A DNA stretch of 64,000 bases from Cyanophora paradoxa CCMP329 (Eukaryota > Plantae > Glaucophyta), in contig QPMI01000170.1 of the NCBI GenBank assembly GCA_004431415.1, positions 62,001 to 126,000 on the forward strand. The letters are read 5' to 3'. Both the position numbers and the translations under genes were made by a program. Shown piece after piece: positions 47,279-59,993 of the stretch. Each line of letters opens with the position of its first letter. The stretch's first letter is position 1. The notes below the pieces were generated by a model, which was not told the DNA's origin, searched no databases, and saw nothing but the letters and a program-made list of their open reading frames with translations.

Positions 47279-47759
47279 ATGCCGCGGAAACAGGCAGCGG
47301 CGAAGCCAGACGCTGAGGGGGAGAAGCCGGCGAAGAAGAACCCGTTCGCCGGGATCCAGGCCTGGCTTGACAAGCGGTCTTCCAGCGGCGCGACCTACTG
47401 CGCGGGCGGCTTCGCGAGCGCGCTTCTGCCTTGGGGCCCCCATCGAGCTGGCCCGGTCGGCGTTGGTGTTGGCGCGGGCGCGTGCCTCTACCGCGATAAA
47501 GTGTACTTCGGCGTTGGCTTCGGGTCGCATGGAGGCCCCGGCTGGTCCTGGCCTTTCAAGCAGCAGCCGGTGATCAACTTCGGCGTAACAGCGGGCCTGG
47601 CGACTGGCTGGGGCATCGGCGTGGGCATGAAGGTCCCCTGGCTAGATGAGGACGGTGCGCGAAGATCTTTTGATCGAAGCGTCTCCCTCACGTCGCCTCA
47701 CGCGCTCCCATCGCCCTCAATCGACAGAGGCGAACCTGGATGAGCTTGTGGCAAGCTGA
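47279..47759 (+). CDS. Small Gly-rich, glycine-zipper-like membrane-associated hypothetical protein
   Basis: GPVGVGVGAGAC..YFGVGFG..NFGVTAGLATGWGIGVG; one intron; head-to-head with RPB8. Confidence 0.6.
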
Positions 47760-48594
47760 GTGCGCATTTCTGCGCCGTCCATCCCACCCCATCATTCCCG
47801 ATCCGAGTCCCAACGCCACTCCCGCGCGGGCTCTTCCCGCCGCACTTTCTCTGCCTTTCCTCCGCATCTTCCCCTACATCCTTTCTTTCTCCGAGCTCAG
47901 CCGCAGCGATCCTGTCGGCAACCTCCTTCCTCTCCCATCACAGCAGCAGCGCGAAGCGTACACTTCGCGCGCTGCTCAGCCAACTTAGCTTGCAGCTTCG
48001 GAAGATTCCGCAGCTTCTTTTTGCCGTCTTCTTTCAATCTCGTGATGTGACGGTCATGCAGCGGCCGCGCCTCGAAGCGATGGACGATCAACGCACCGCG
48101 TGCAACTCAGGCAGCTGGCTTTGTGCGCTGGGGTTTGTTCATCTGCTCTAGCCGCGTCACCTTGCGGGTAGCCCTGGGCACTCGATCATAGGACGTAGTA
48201 AGTCTCGGTTACAAGACACGAGCACTGCTAGGGCTAAACATTCGATCGCGAATGCGGCGTTCTCGCGGGTACTTCAGCGGCGCTAGCCATAAGCCAGGGC
48301 CGGGGGGCGCGTGGTGCGATCGCGGCTCACATGCAGAGCTAGTTGCAGTTGGAACGCGGGCGCTAGCGCTGCAGCTGCGCATGCATGCATGCATATGCAC
48401 ATGCGTGCACGTACGCGTGGGCTGGCCGCGCCTGGCCGCTGGCCCAGCCAATGGCGCGATAGTACTAGTGGGGACACTCCATCGCGGTGCAGGGTGCAGA
48501 GGGTAGGGGCATGCGCCGAGCTGCGAAGAGGCCCTGCACTCGAGCGGACATGATCGCAGCGGGGCAAAAAAAGGGCGCCGGGGGAGGCGGGAAT

Positions 48595-50675
48595 CTATGC
48601 AGAGGCGAGCGGGGGCGGGGCGTTGTCGGAGACGGCGGACTCCTGGACGGAGGGGAGGAGCGGGGCGTGGACGCTGCGGCGGCGGCTCTTGACGAAGTTG
48701 ACGCCCGTGCCGTGGGCCGTCTGCGTGCGGGCCGCCTGCGCGCGCTGCGGGGGCGGCGGGGACATGCAGCGCGCGGCGGAGGGGGACGGTTGGGAGCCCC
48801 GGCGGGTGGTGAGGCGGGCGGACGGGAGGCCGTTGGGGGCGTCGATGGGGGCCCCGTGCTGGTCCGAGGGCATGACGTAGAGGGAGGGGGTAGAGGTGCG
48901 CCGGCGCCCGCCGCGCGCGGAGCCGGGTCGCGGGGGCAGGAAGTCGGCGGGGGGCAGCACTTTCGGCAGGAGGGGCACGACGGGGAGGTCCTCCTCGTCG
49001 GCCGCCTGCGGGCCGCCCGGCGGGGCGTGCGGCGCGCCCCCCGCCGCCCCCGACAGGTCCGACTCTGCCCCGCTCGAGGAGGCCCTCGACTGCGCGCGGA
49101 GGTCAGGGGGCGGCCCCGGGCCCCGCGCGGCGCGCCCGCGCACGTTGGAGCGGCCCCGCCCGCCGCCATCCTGCCGCCGCGGGCGCCCGCGCGAGGGCGA
49201 CGGCGAGTGCTGCGCCCCGCCGGTCCCGTTCGAGCCGAGGGATTCGGCGGCCTGCCGGCGCGTGAAAGGGCCGCCGGCGGAGGCGGGCCACGGCGGGAGG
49301 GCGCACCGAGAGGCCGTCGGAGGGGACCCTGCCCCGCCCCTGGAAACCCTCGGGCGCGTGTTCGCGCCGCGCCGGCCGCCGCCGCGCGTGCGCGGGGCCG
49401 GCGGCGGGGCCGGGGGGCGCCTCCTCGCCGGAAGGGGCGGCGGGGGAGGGGCTGCGGGAGCCGCGGCGGCCGCGGGGCACGCGAAGGCCGCTGGGGGGCG
49501 CAGAGGTCGGGGGGGAGTTCTTGGAGGTGTGGGCGTGGAGGAGGCCGCGGATGGCGGCGAGGGGCTCCTGGCTCGCGAAGGAGGAGGAGAGGGGCGTCGA
49601 GGGCTCCGAGGCCGCCTCCCCCGCCACCGCGCGGCCGTACGCGTGCGCCGCCTGCGCCTCGATCTCGTTGATCTCGGGCGCCGACGCCCGCCGGAAGCCC
49701 CGGCTCGGCGGCCGCTGCGGGGGCGACGGGGAGAGCATCGCCGGTTGCCCGCTCGTCAGCGAGCCGAGGGAGGAGGGGGCGGCGGGCGACCCGCTCCCCA
49801 GTCGCTGGTTGAGCGTGGCCTGTATTCGGTCGATCGGGGAGGAGCTATTCGCATGGGGCGACAGCGAGGGCACGCCGAGCCGCGCAGTGCTGGGTCCTTG
49901 CCCCGGCTTTGGCGAGCTCGGTCTCGGGGGGATCTGCCGCCGCGAAGCCGCGCCGTCGCTGCCGCTGTCGGCGAGTGCGGCGGCGGAAGAGGGGCCGGCC
50001 ACCGCGTCGTCGACCCCGTGCGCCTCGGGCCTGGCGCCGATCTCCTCGGCGCCCGCACGAGACCTCCTCCTTGACGCCTCCGCGGGCCGCCGGAGCGGTC
50101 GCGCGCAGCCGCACGATATCTCATCCAGCGGACGCACGTGCCACCCCTGTGGGCTGCTGGCCAAGCAAATCTCCTTCACGCGGCGCGCGACAGCCGTGTT
50201 GCTGCCGAGGGGCAGTGGGCGGGCGCGCGCAGAGGCCAGCGGCAAGGTCCACACACCTGAGATGTTCTGTTGGGAGCGTGAAAGGCTTCAGCAGCTGGAG
50301 GAGGAAGTCCTCGAAGTCGGAGATGCTGGCTCCGGCTGCAGCCTGATGCGACGATACGCAGGAGGTCAGAAGGGAAATGATGTTGTGTCCGATTGCTGGG
50401 TGCGCTAGGCGACCCAGGAGTTGGGGCTAGCTGGTCTGGGGTGGTTGCCCTGCACTGGACTTCGGCTGACCACGCACCCGCTCAACCGCGGAAGCATCGT
50501 AGTCGCTGAGAGCCGTCAAGGACTTCGCGACAGCAGTGTACAGGTCCTCAAACTCAGGCCTGGCGACCTCCTTGGCGACCCGACAAAAAAGCTGCAGCGG
50601 GCGTTGGACAGGTCGCAGGAGCACGATCGTGCACGCAGCACGCACCGCGACAGGATCCTCGTCGCCTCCGGCCAT
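48595..50675 (-). CDS. Hypothetical protein with a helical N-terminus and a long Pro/Ser-rich disordered C-terminus
   Basis: Coding-like exons EFEDLYTAVAKSLTALSDYD and DFEDFLLQLLKPF; a long open GC-rich region ending GVNFVKSRRRSVHAPLLPSVQE. Confidence 0.5.
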
Positions 50676-50723
50676 ATGCGGAGGGCGCCGCGCGGCCGCG
50701 GAGGACCTGGGGTACAGTCAACA

Positions 50724-51928
50724 ATGTTAAGACGGCTTGCCTCTGTCTCCGGGCGCTCCGCGCGCCCCTGGCGACTTGTGAGGACCCTGTCGGATGCAGC
50801 AGCGCCGCCGCAGCCTCCACCGGCGACGCAGTACGGCTTTCCAGGCTACGTAGCAGCTCCGCCGGCGCTAACTTACGAGTTCTCGCGCGAGTATCTGGAC
50901 TACGCGGATCGGCATTTGATCGGCGCGAAAACTATCTACACTGCGGCTACGGAGCAGCAGCTGGCGAGCACGGACGACGGCGCGTACATCGAGGTCCGCC
51001 CTCCAGCCCTCGCGGTTGGCGCTGGCGAATGCGAGCTCCGGCGACCGCGAGAGCTCCCGCAGGTTGCGTTTGCCGGGCGCTCGAACGTCGGGAAATCTAG
51101 CCTGCTGAACGCACTGCTGCGACACGACGGGCTCGTGACCACGTCCAAGACGCCGGTCCGCGGCGCCGCGCTCGAGCCCGCTGCTGGCGACTCGCGCTCA
51201 CAACCGCCACGCGGGCAGGGGTGCACCAAGAAGTTGACTTTCCTGCGTACGGCAAAGCTGCCGAAGCTGCTGATGGTAGACATGCCTGGCTATGGCTACG
51301 CGAGGCTGCCGCACAAGGAGAAGGATGCCTTCAACAAGCTCATGGGCTACTACGTGACGGAACGAAAACAGTGCGCGCGCTCGACTGCGTTGGGCAGGCT
51401 GCTCCGGTGCCCACCGCATCGCGCAGGCTCGCGCGCGTCTTCGTGCTGGTCGACTCGCGCGTCGGGCTGAAGAAGATCGACGAGGAGTTCATGGATATGC
51501 TCGATCAGTATGGGCGTCCTTACCAGGTGCCGCGCCCGGCGGCGTCTCCGCCCCCGCCCCTTGCACCGCTGACGGTCCGGCCGGCGGGCACGCAGCTTGT
51601 GCTGACGAAGATCGACCAGCTGTCGACGCCGCAGCTGCGAGCCGTGGGGCAGGAGCTGTACGAGGCGACGCGGAAGGGCCACGCGGCGTGCTACCCGGTG
51701 ACGCTGGCGGCGAGCGCGCACAAGGGCTGGGGCCTCCCCGAGCTGCGCGCCGCCGTCATCGAGGCGGCCACGCTCCGCCCCGACGAGATCGAGGACCCCG
51801 CCGGCATCAACTTCGACGCCTTCGAGGTCCCCGGCGAGGACCCCGAGCGGCCCATCGTCGCCCCAGCCCGCGGGCCCTTCGAGGAGGCGAGCCGCCGGCG
51901 CCGGTCCCCCGCCGCCTCTGGCGGCTGA
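50724..51928 (+). CDS. EngB/YihA/YsxC-family ribosome-biogenesis GTPase (GTPBP8-like), probably mitochondrial
   Basis: Presequence MLRRLASVSGRSAR. G1 AGRSNVGKSSLLNAL, G2 SKTPGCT, G3 DMPGYGYA, G4 TKID and G5 SA. Confidence 0.93.
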
Positions 51929-52277
51929 CGGCGCCGGCCCCAAGAGCCCCTCTACAGCATCCAACGCCGCCTCCAGCGGCTGCACAGTGCCGCAAGCCTC
52001 GTTCGTCGCCCTCTGCGGCGTTCCTCGTTCCGCGGCCCGCATCTTGCCCCTCGCGGCCCTACTAGGCTAGCAAGAGGACAGTGACGGCAACGAGGAAATC
52101 TTGAAAATCGCTGAGCTACTGCTTCAACTGTAGAACTGCACACGAAAGATCGTCTGAAACCAAGCACGCAGGATAGCGATATCGTAAGACACATCTAGGT
52201 CGGGGACGGGGAGACGGAGGCGGGGCGGAGGAGGGGTGAGGAAGCGGGGCGGCGAGGGGGCAGAGAGGGGGGGGCGG

Positions 52278-53757
52278 TCAGCCGATGTAGCGCTCGACGG
52301 CGCGGTCGACCTCGGCGAGGATGCGCTTGCGGTCCCCGAGGGAGGCGACGCCGAGCTCGTTCCGCAGCTCCGCCGCCGTCAGCGAGGGAAGCAGCACGCC
52401 GTCGATCCTGCGAGCCCCGCGCTGCGTCAGGCAGGGCGCACGGCGGCCGCGGCGGGGCGCGGGGGCCCGCCTGTGGGAGACGAAGGAGGGGATGTAGCGG
52501 CCGCAGCCGATGGAGTCGAGCCAGTCGGCGACGTCAGTGACCGACCAGTCGACGATGCTCTTGGAGAAGAAGTCGGCGTCGGCGGCGGCGGCCGGCGCCC
52601 GCTCGAGGAAGCTCTCGTTCAGGCGCTCGTCGAAGGCTGCGAAGTCGTCCTGCGCCCGCCGCTGCTGCTCCCGCTCTGCAACCCCCCACCCACCCCCCCC
52701 TCAGCCCGCCGCGCCGCTGCGGCCCTCACCAGGGCGGCAGGGCGGCGAGCGCACCCGTGTTGATCTGAATGCGGCGAAACTCGAGCTCGCGCTCGATCTT
52801 CTCCTGCCGCCTCCGCTGCTTCTGGTCCCCCATGTACTTGTACGCGAACGCGCCCAGGCCCGCCGCGAACGCCACCGGCATCACCAGCGACGTCAGCGCA
52901 CCGATCGCGTGCGCACCCATGATCGAGAACCACACGGGCTGCGCCCCTCCGAGCTCGAGCGGGCGGCGGCGCGCGGCGCGGCGGGGCTCGCACGGCCATG
53001 AACGTAGCTAGGACGAAGAACACGAGGATTGCGGCGAGCGCGTTGACGGCGAGGCCCGCGATGACGATGCCGACCATGGTCAACGGGAGCATGAGCGCCA
53101 GGAAGCCGGCCGCCGCCGACAGGACCGCCGTGATGAATAGGCCGGCGGTAACGAAGCCCACGGGCACGAGCAGCGTGGAGAGCTTGACGGGGAAGACCAT
53201 GTTGGCGAAAGACACGGGGATCTCCTTCTCCAGGAACGAGTTCAGCGCGTCGCTCCTCTGCCGCGCGGCCTTTTCAACGCGGTCCACGAGCTCCTGCTGA
53301 ACTCCGTCGAGCTTCGTGCGGCTCTCCGGGTCTCGGAAGGGGTTCGTGGAGTCGCAGCGCCAAGGCGTTGTGTGGGCGGCATGGCCTGCGCGGCGCTTCA
53401 TTGGACGAGTGCTGTAGAGTTGCTGCGGTAGGGACGCGCACCTACTCTCCTCCTCTGCTGCGCATGCAGCGCCGCCGACCTCCTCGGGGCGATGCCGAAT
53501 ACGCTGGAGTTGACGGCCGCAATGCGTCGCAGCGAGCCGAACGCTTGCGAGCCAAGACGCAAACCCACACTAGCTGCCGCGCTACACCGCCAAGGCATCT
53601 GGCCGGGGGCGCCGCGGCGCGGGACGACCGCGCGCTCGTGCCGCGCCGCCTCCGCCACCGCAGGGCTGCCCGGTGCTTGGAATGCATGAGCTCGCCTTGC
53701 TGGCTCCTCGGGACATCGCTGCGGGAGCAGGGGCACGAGGACGAAGCAGCTACACAT
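52278..53757 (-). CDS. Multi-pass membrane protein with a coiled coil and a C-terminal SAM domain (start uncertain, 53401 or upstream)
   Basis: Long hydrophobic stretch. SAM domain WSVTDVADWLDSIGCGRYIPSFVSHRIDGVLLPSLTAAELRNELGVASLGDRKRIL. Confidence 0.8.
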
Positions 53758-53794
53758 CTCTGCCGGGTACAGGTTCATTCAGTTCGTGGGTACG

Positions 53795-55632
53795 ATGGCG
53801 TTCGCTACTGTTGCCCCTGTTGCCCCTGCCCGCGCCCAGGCTGCGGCGACCGCCTCAGCGTCTTGCAGCCAGGCCCCGGCCCAGCGCCCCCAGTTCGCCC
53901 GGTTCGCCGGTCTGCGCAAGATCAACGCTGTCGACCGCGTCCAGTTCCGTGCGGCCTCGTCCCTCCATGCGGCGGTCAAGAAGGCCGGTTTCGCGGCCCC
54001 CATGGCCCGCCCGTTCGTTATGGCCTCGACTGAGGTCGTCACGGGCGACGACATGAAGGGCGAGACCTTCACCCGCTGGCTCCTGGACCAGCAGCGCGCT
54101 GGCACCCTCGATGACGACCTCATCGTGCTCCTTTCTTCCATCTCCACCGCATGCAAGCAGATCGCCTCTATGGTGCGCGCGGCCGATTCTGCGCGCCGTC
54201 GCCTAGACGCGGGCCCAGAGGCCCCATGCGCGGCTTCCTCGCATTCGATTGGGGCATTTATCAGTAATCCGTGCTCGATCGCCCCCCTCGCAGCGCGCTG
54301 ACGGCCCCCGCTCTTTCGCGCGCAGGTGAACCGCGCTGGCATCTCGAACCTCACCGGTGTTGCGGGCGCCGTCAATGTTCAGGGCGAGGACCAGAAGAAG
54401 CTGGACGTCGTCTCGAACGACGTGTTCAAGAACTCCCTCCGCTTCACTGGCCGCATGGGCATCATCGCATCGGAGGAGGAGGACGAGCCCGTGCTCGTCG
54501 ATGAGGCGAGTCCTTCCATCTTTTCTCGGCTCGTTTCGCGTCTTACCAGCTCCGCCTTCCTCCCCCCGCCCTCGCCCTGCAGGACTTCGCTGGGTGCGCC
54601 GCGCGTCCCCTGCGATCCCTTTTGGTTCCTCTCTAACGCGGCGGGGCGCGCAGCAACTACGTCGCGGTGTTCGACCCGCTCGACGGCTCGTCGAACATCG
54701 ACGCGGCGGTCTCGACCGGCTCGATCTTCGGCATCTACGAGCAGGTCCACCCGTGCATCCTCCCCGACGGCAAGGTCACCTCTCTGGACAACCGCCAGGT
54801 GGCCCCCTCCCCCGCCGCCCCGCGCGCGCGCCGGCAGCTAACGCGGGGGGCGCTGCCGGCAGTCGACCTGCCTCGTCGACGTGCTCCAGCCCGGCGAGAA
54901 CCTCAAGGTCGCCGGCTACTGCATGTACTCCTCCTCCACCATGCTCGTCCTCACGATCGGTGCCCTCCCGCGCCCGACCCGGCCCTCGTGCGCGCTCTGC
55001 TGACGCCCAGCTCCCCCCGGGCAGGCACCGGCGTCGTCGGCTTCACCCTCGACCCGATGGTCCGCCCGCGTCCGCACGCGGGCCCCCTTTTGCTCGCCGG
55101 CGCCGAATCCCGCGCCTGGGCAGATCGGCGAGTTCGTGATGACCCACCCCAACATCGTGTGCCCCGAGGACGGCAACATTTACTCGTTCAACGAGGGCAA
55201 CTTCTTCGCGTGGGACAAGGAGCTGCAGGACTACATCAACCACGTGAAGAACCCGCCGTCGGGCAAGCCGTGGTCGCTCCGCTACATCGGCTCCCTGGTC
55301 GCCGACATCCACCGCACCCTCCTGTACGGCGGCATCTACGGCTACCCCGGCGACAAGAAGAACCCCAACGGCAAGCTCCGCCTCCTCTACGAGGTGCGGC
55401 CGCCCCCTCCCGAGCCCCCTCCGCCCCTCGACCGCGCCTCGCGCTGATGGGACGCGCGCGACAGTGCGCACCGATGGGCTTCATCCTGGAGCAGGCCGGC
55501 GGCGCGGCGTCGACGGGCAAGGGCCGCATCATGACCGTCAAGCCGGAGAAGGTGCACCAGCGCCTCCCGACCTTCCTCGGCTCCAAGAAGTGCGTCGAGC
55601 TCCTCGAGAACTACTACGCCGGCAAGGCGTAG
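53795..55632 (+). CDS. FBP: Plastid fructose-1,6-bisphosphatase class I (Calvin cycle)
   Basis: Transit peptide [31 protein letters not shown], redox insertion HPCILP...[29 protein letters not shown] and GKLRLLYEC. Confidence 0.97.
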
Positions 55633-55736
55633 ACTTTGCTGTGAGATTCGCTTAGACCTGTTGTTGTATAGATTCAATGCAGCTTTTTCCTCGTGTACCG
55701 TACTACCGGCGCCACGCTTGCAGAGGAGGATCCAGC

Positions 55737-56171
55737 TGCATTTCAGACACGACCAATTGCAACGACATCTGGACTAGCCCTAGTAGCTGTTTGGCTAGCA
55801 GTGGGCCGCCGGTCGAATCGTAAGGGCTCAGACAGATAGGCAAGCGACGTCGAAAATCGAAATCGAATACCGAAGCTCGAGATCGAAACCCTAGGTCTAC
55901 TTACCCTACGGGCTTAAGATCGAAAGATCAGAGGTGCGGGCCGTGCCCGGAGGCTCGCCCGTTCCCGCCACGGACTGCAGCTGGCCCTAATTATAAGGGA
56001 GAGGAATGCTGCCCGAGGGGGCCGGAACCCCAACGAGCCCCGGACCGGGAGACCGGTACCGGGCCTCCCCCGCTCCCGAAGGTGCGTAATTATAAGGTGG
56101 AGCCGCATCGCGCCGCGTCGGATCGAATTCGAAGCTGGGGTACTGGGGCCATCGCAATCCGTGCGGATCGC
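55737..56171. repeat. Dispersed repeat family A, copy 2
   Basis: Matches 31592-32009 apart from several 6-bp insertions. Confidence 0.93.
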
Positions 56172-56619
56172 CTGCGCGACGCCGCGCGCGCGAAATTAAA
56201 TTCATTATATAAAACACGCGAAATCGAAATCGAAATCGCCGAGTCGAAGGGAAGCTGCAGGGGAAGCTCCCGCGGCTGCAAGGTCGCCGAGTCGGGACCG
56301 CGACCGGGCGTGACTTGGGCATCCGGTATCTGCGGCGGGGATATGTCGAGCACGCAAGGCAGCCTCAAGCGCTAGCTCGCGGCAAGCAAGCCAAAAAGGG
56401 GAGGGGGGGGGGAAGGGGCGGGGGTCCGGGTACGTACACGCGACTAGCCTTCAAGGAGCCAGCCGCTAAGCCAGGAGCGGCAACAGTTTCGTATGCTTAG
56501 ATCGTTTGCTACACGAATGACGCTCCAGGACCGGCTGTCGACGTCGGATTGCAAGGTCAGCTACGAGGGACGGGACAACAAAGCGGTGCGCTCCTCATGC
56601 CCGGATACCTAGTGCTACA

Positions 56620-57957
56620 ATGCTAGCTCCGCTTCCGGACGGCTGCACGGCCCGCCACCCGGAACCAAGGGATGCCGGGCTCTTTCCTTCCCTTTCTACG
56701 GGCCGCGCTGCGGCGCCCAGCCGGGCAGTCAGCCGCTCCCGGCCGGCGGCGACAAAGGCAGCGACGACGCAGCAGCCGGCCAGCGCCGACGCGTCGTAAA
56801 ACCGCCACGAGCCTTCCTAGCACTCCCGCAGTGGTGGCAGTACCTCCAGCTTCAAGCGTGTCGAGCGATAACACTCAATCCACAGCACCGCCTCTAGCCG
56901 GGCCCTAACTTCGGCAAAATATTCAACGCTCGCCCTGCCGCCAGAAACTGACTGTCGCCGCAGGCGTGCGTGATCGAGCTGAATGGAACGGGTGATATCA
57001 CCGAGCTTCTCAACGCGCTTGCAGCGGAGGACCTGCCCGGCAAGGCGAGCCGTGCCCGCCGCAAGGGCCCTGCGAGGCGCGCCGGCTGATGCTTACCGGG
57101 GAACAGGCGGTGATTGTAGAGGGTTATGCCAACTTCTGCGGACACTGCAAGAAGTGCGGACTTCTGTCTGCTGGCGATGCCCACTTCTGACGGTCCGAGA
57201 TGCAGGTTCGCCGACGTCTACAACGAGCTGGCTGCCTGCATGAAGGACCAAATGGTGCGAGGCCCGCCGCTCCCCGTCCCCCTCCCCCTCCCCCCTCTCT
57301 CCCCCCTTCCCCCCTCTCTCGCCGAGGGGCGTGACGCGGGGGCGGGCAGACCTTCGCGGCGATCGACCTGGCGGCAGACCGGAGCAACATCATCTACCAG
57401 ATCCACGACACGCCCGTCTCCGCGACGCCCACCATCGTCCTCATCAAGTACGAGGGCAAGGACGCGCACGGCAACCCCAAGGTACGCCCCGCTGCAGGCC
57501 CCTCCCGCCTGCGCCGCCCGAGGCGGGGCGCAGTTCTCGGACGTCGTGTACCCCAACGACCAGCCGAAGGAGCTGCACGCGCTGAAGGAGTTCCTCACGA
57601 CGCACGTGCACCCGAACGGCGTCGAGTGCTCCGTCGACGCGCAGCTCGACGAGGAGGCCGCCGCCTTCGACGAGGACCCCGGTACTCGCGTCTCCTCCCC
57701 CCCCGCCCCCGCCCACCCCGCCGGCCACCGAAGCGCGGGGCGGCAGAGGAGGGCGGGGCGCTGCTGTCGGACGCCTGCGCGGGGTGCGCGGAGGCGGCCG
57801 CCGGCCTCGAGGAGGACCCCACCGCCTTCGAGTTCGAGGCCCGCCCGCCCCGGCCCGGGCCCAGCGTCCGCCGGCGCCGCTCTGATGCGGGCGCCCGCCG
57901 CAGATCGACAGCAACATCTCGGAGCCCATCGGCTGCGCCGAGGACCTCGCCTGGTAG
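56620..57957 (+). CDS. Thioredoxin/PDI-like protein with a CGHC active site and an acidic tail (start uncertain)
   Basis: VIVEGYANFCGHCKK/FADVYNELA, FAAIDL and TPTIVL (cis-Pro loop). Confidence 0.8.
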
Positions 57958-58280
57958 CGCCCCGCTTCCCCTCTTTCCCACCCCGACATCCGCCCCGCCT
58001 CCCCGCCCCTCGGCCCGCCCTCCTCTCAAACCCACCGCCTCGGACTCCGCGTGCACCCGGACACCCCTCCCGAGCCCCTCGTCCCCGTCCGCCTGTGCGC
58101 TGCTGTGAGAGCGCGAATGCAAATGCGGCCTGCGCTACAACCTGCCGCGAGCGCGAACGAAAGCGGAACCTGTGGAACCCCTCTAAGCGACCTGCCTGTG
58201 AGCTACGGGACCTGGCGCCTGGGCTGCTAGGCTAGCTAGCTGGAGCGTCCTACCTACGTGCACGGGGGCGGCGCATGCGG

Positions 58281-59850
58281 CTAGGCCATGTGGGAGGTGG
58301 CGGCGCCAGCGCGGAGCTCCTTGATCTCCTGCTCGGGCCCCGAGACGAGCTGCTCCGCCCCGCCGTACACGAAGGCCGCCCAGTAGGTCGTCCCCGCCTG
58401 CGCATCGCCGCCTGAGGGGGTCGCAAACACACATGGAAGGGGGGTACCTGGAGGACGGCAAAAAGGTACAGAAGGTAGGTGGCCATGGTCTTGGGGGGGA
58501 TGAAGGCGCACACTGCGCGGGCCGGGGTGAGGCGGGGCGGGGGGCGGGGCGGGGCGGGGCGGACTGTAGGCGCCGAGGATGCCGGCGGCCATGTTCGCGT
58601 GCTGGCTCATCATGGAGAGGCCCTGGACGCTGCGCTGCTTGTGGCAGAGGTAGAGCTGAGGGATGTGCGAGGCGACCATCGTCCCGGGCTTCACCAGCGC
58701 CGTGAAGCCTGCCCCCGCCCCCGCCTCCGTGAGGCCCCGCCCCGGCGGCCACCTGCACGCGGCGAGGCGGCGAGGCGGGCGCGCTGGGAATTCGAACGGG
58801 GCCCGCACCGACGGAGGAGGGGAAGACGAGGACGAGGGCGGTCGGGAGGAGGGGGAAGGCCAGCCAGGAGTACAACCGCGTCGCGTCGACCTGCGGTTGG
58901 GATCAAGGAGGCGGGAGGGATGAAAGAGGCCCTGAGGGGCACGGCTCGCCTCGGAGTTGTAGTTCGCGATCTGAACGATGAGGGCGAGCAGCTGCGCGAA
59001 GCTGACCTGGGGTCGGGGTTGGGCGTGCGGGGAAGAGGGTCTCCAGGCGGGGCCGCGGGGGCCGCGTACCAGGCCGAAGAGCTGGACGGGGAGGGCCTCG
59101 GAGGCGTACAAAGCGTGCACGAGGAGCGTCGAGGAGCCGACGTACTTGATGAGCACCCCCGAGACGCTGCCGCGCCCCGCCCGCCGCGTCGGGCCCCGCC
59201 CGCGCGCCGATGAGCGACGCTAGCGCTGGGCGTGCGCGCACCTGAATCCCTGCCAGTGCGGGAGGACGCGCGACTCTGCAAGTCAGACACCGGACAGCAA
59301 CGGCGGGCCGGAACTATCAGCTCAGCGCGGCTCAGCGGCTGCACATCTAGATCTACAAACACAAGCCTGGACGTCCGGCTGAACGATCATGTGAAGTGGG
59401 CTATTCGTTTTGGAGCGCATATCATTTCTTCTTCCTCTCCACTCCCAAACTGAGCGCTACGGACCTTGACGCTTTTCCTCTGCAGCGACGCACGCGAAGC
59501 CGCGTCAGCTAACGACATGCGTAATCGGGCGGCGCGCGCTCTCCGACGGGAGTTCTCACTATGGAGCTCGCGCACCTTCCAGTTTAAGTAAATCTGCGGC
59601 AAATACTGCGACCGGGGACCGGGCGTGAATTGAACTGGTACTTCCTTAGACGGCGGCCGCCCCGGGCGCTCGCCAGCGCTGGGCTGCATCGCGAGCGATA
59701 GTACCTGAACACCAAAGAGTACCGTCGATGCCATTCCAGCCGCAAGCGCGAGACCTGTAGGCCGGCGCGGCGCGAGCAGTTAGAGAACTTCTTTCGAACG
59801 GGCCGCGCGCGACACGGTGACGCGCCATGCGCGGCTTGATCGCCCCCCAT
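58281..59850 (-). CDS. PQ-loop repeat membrane transporter (start approximate)
   Basis: Two PQ motifs, VQ/YLPQIYLNWK and SHIPQLYLCHKQRSVQGLS, with several TM segments. Confidence 0.85.
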
Positions 59851-59993
59851 AGCTGCAACTATAATCTTAACCACCAGCCCCAGCATTCCGCCGGCGGCTG
59901 GCCGCCGCCACGAGTTTTCGCGGGCTTGGAGTCGTGTACCCGTGCGCTCCACTTTCAAGTTCGTTGCCACGCGAGCACAGTCTTGCGAGCGCG

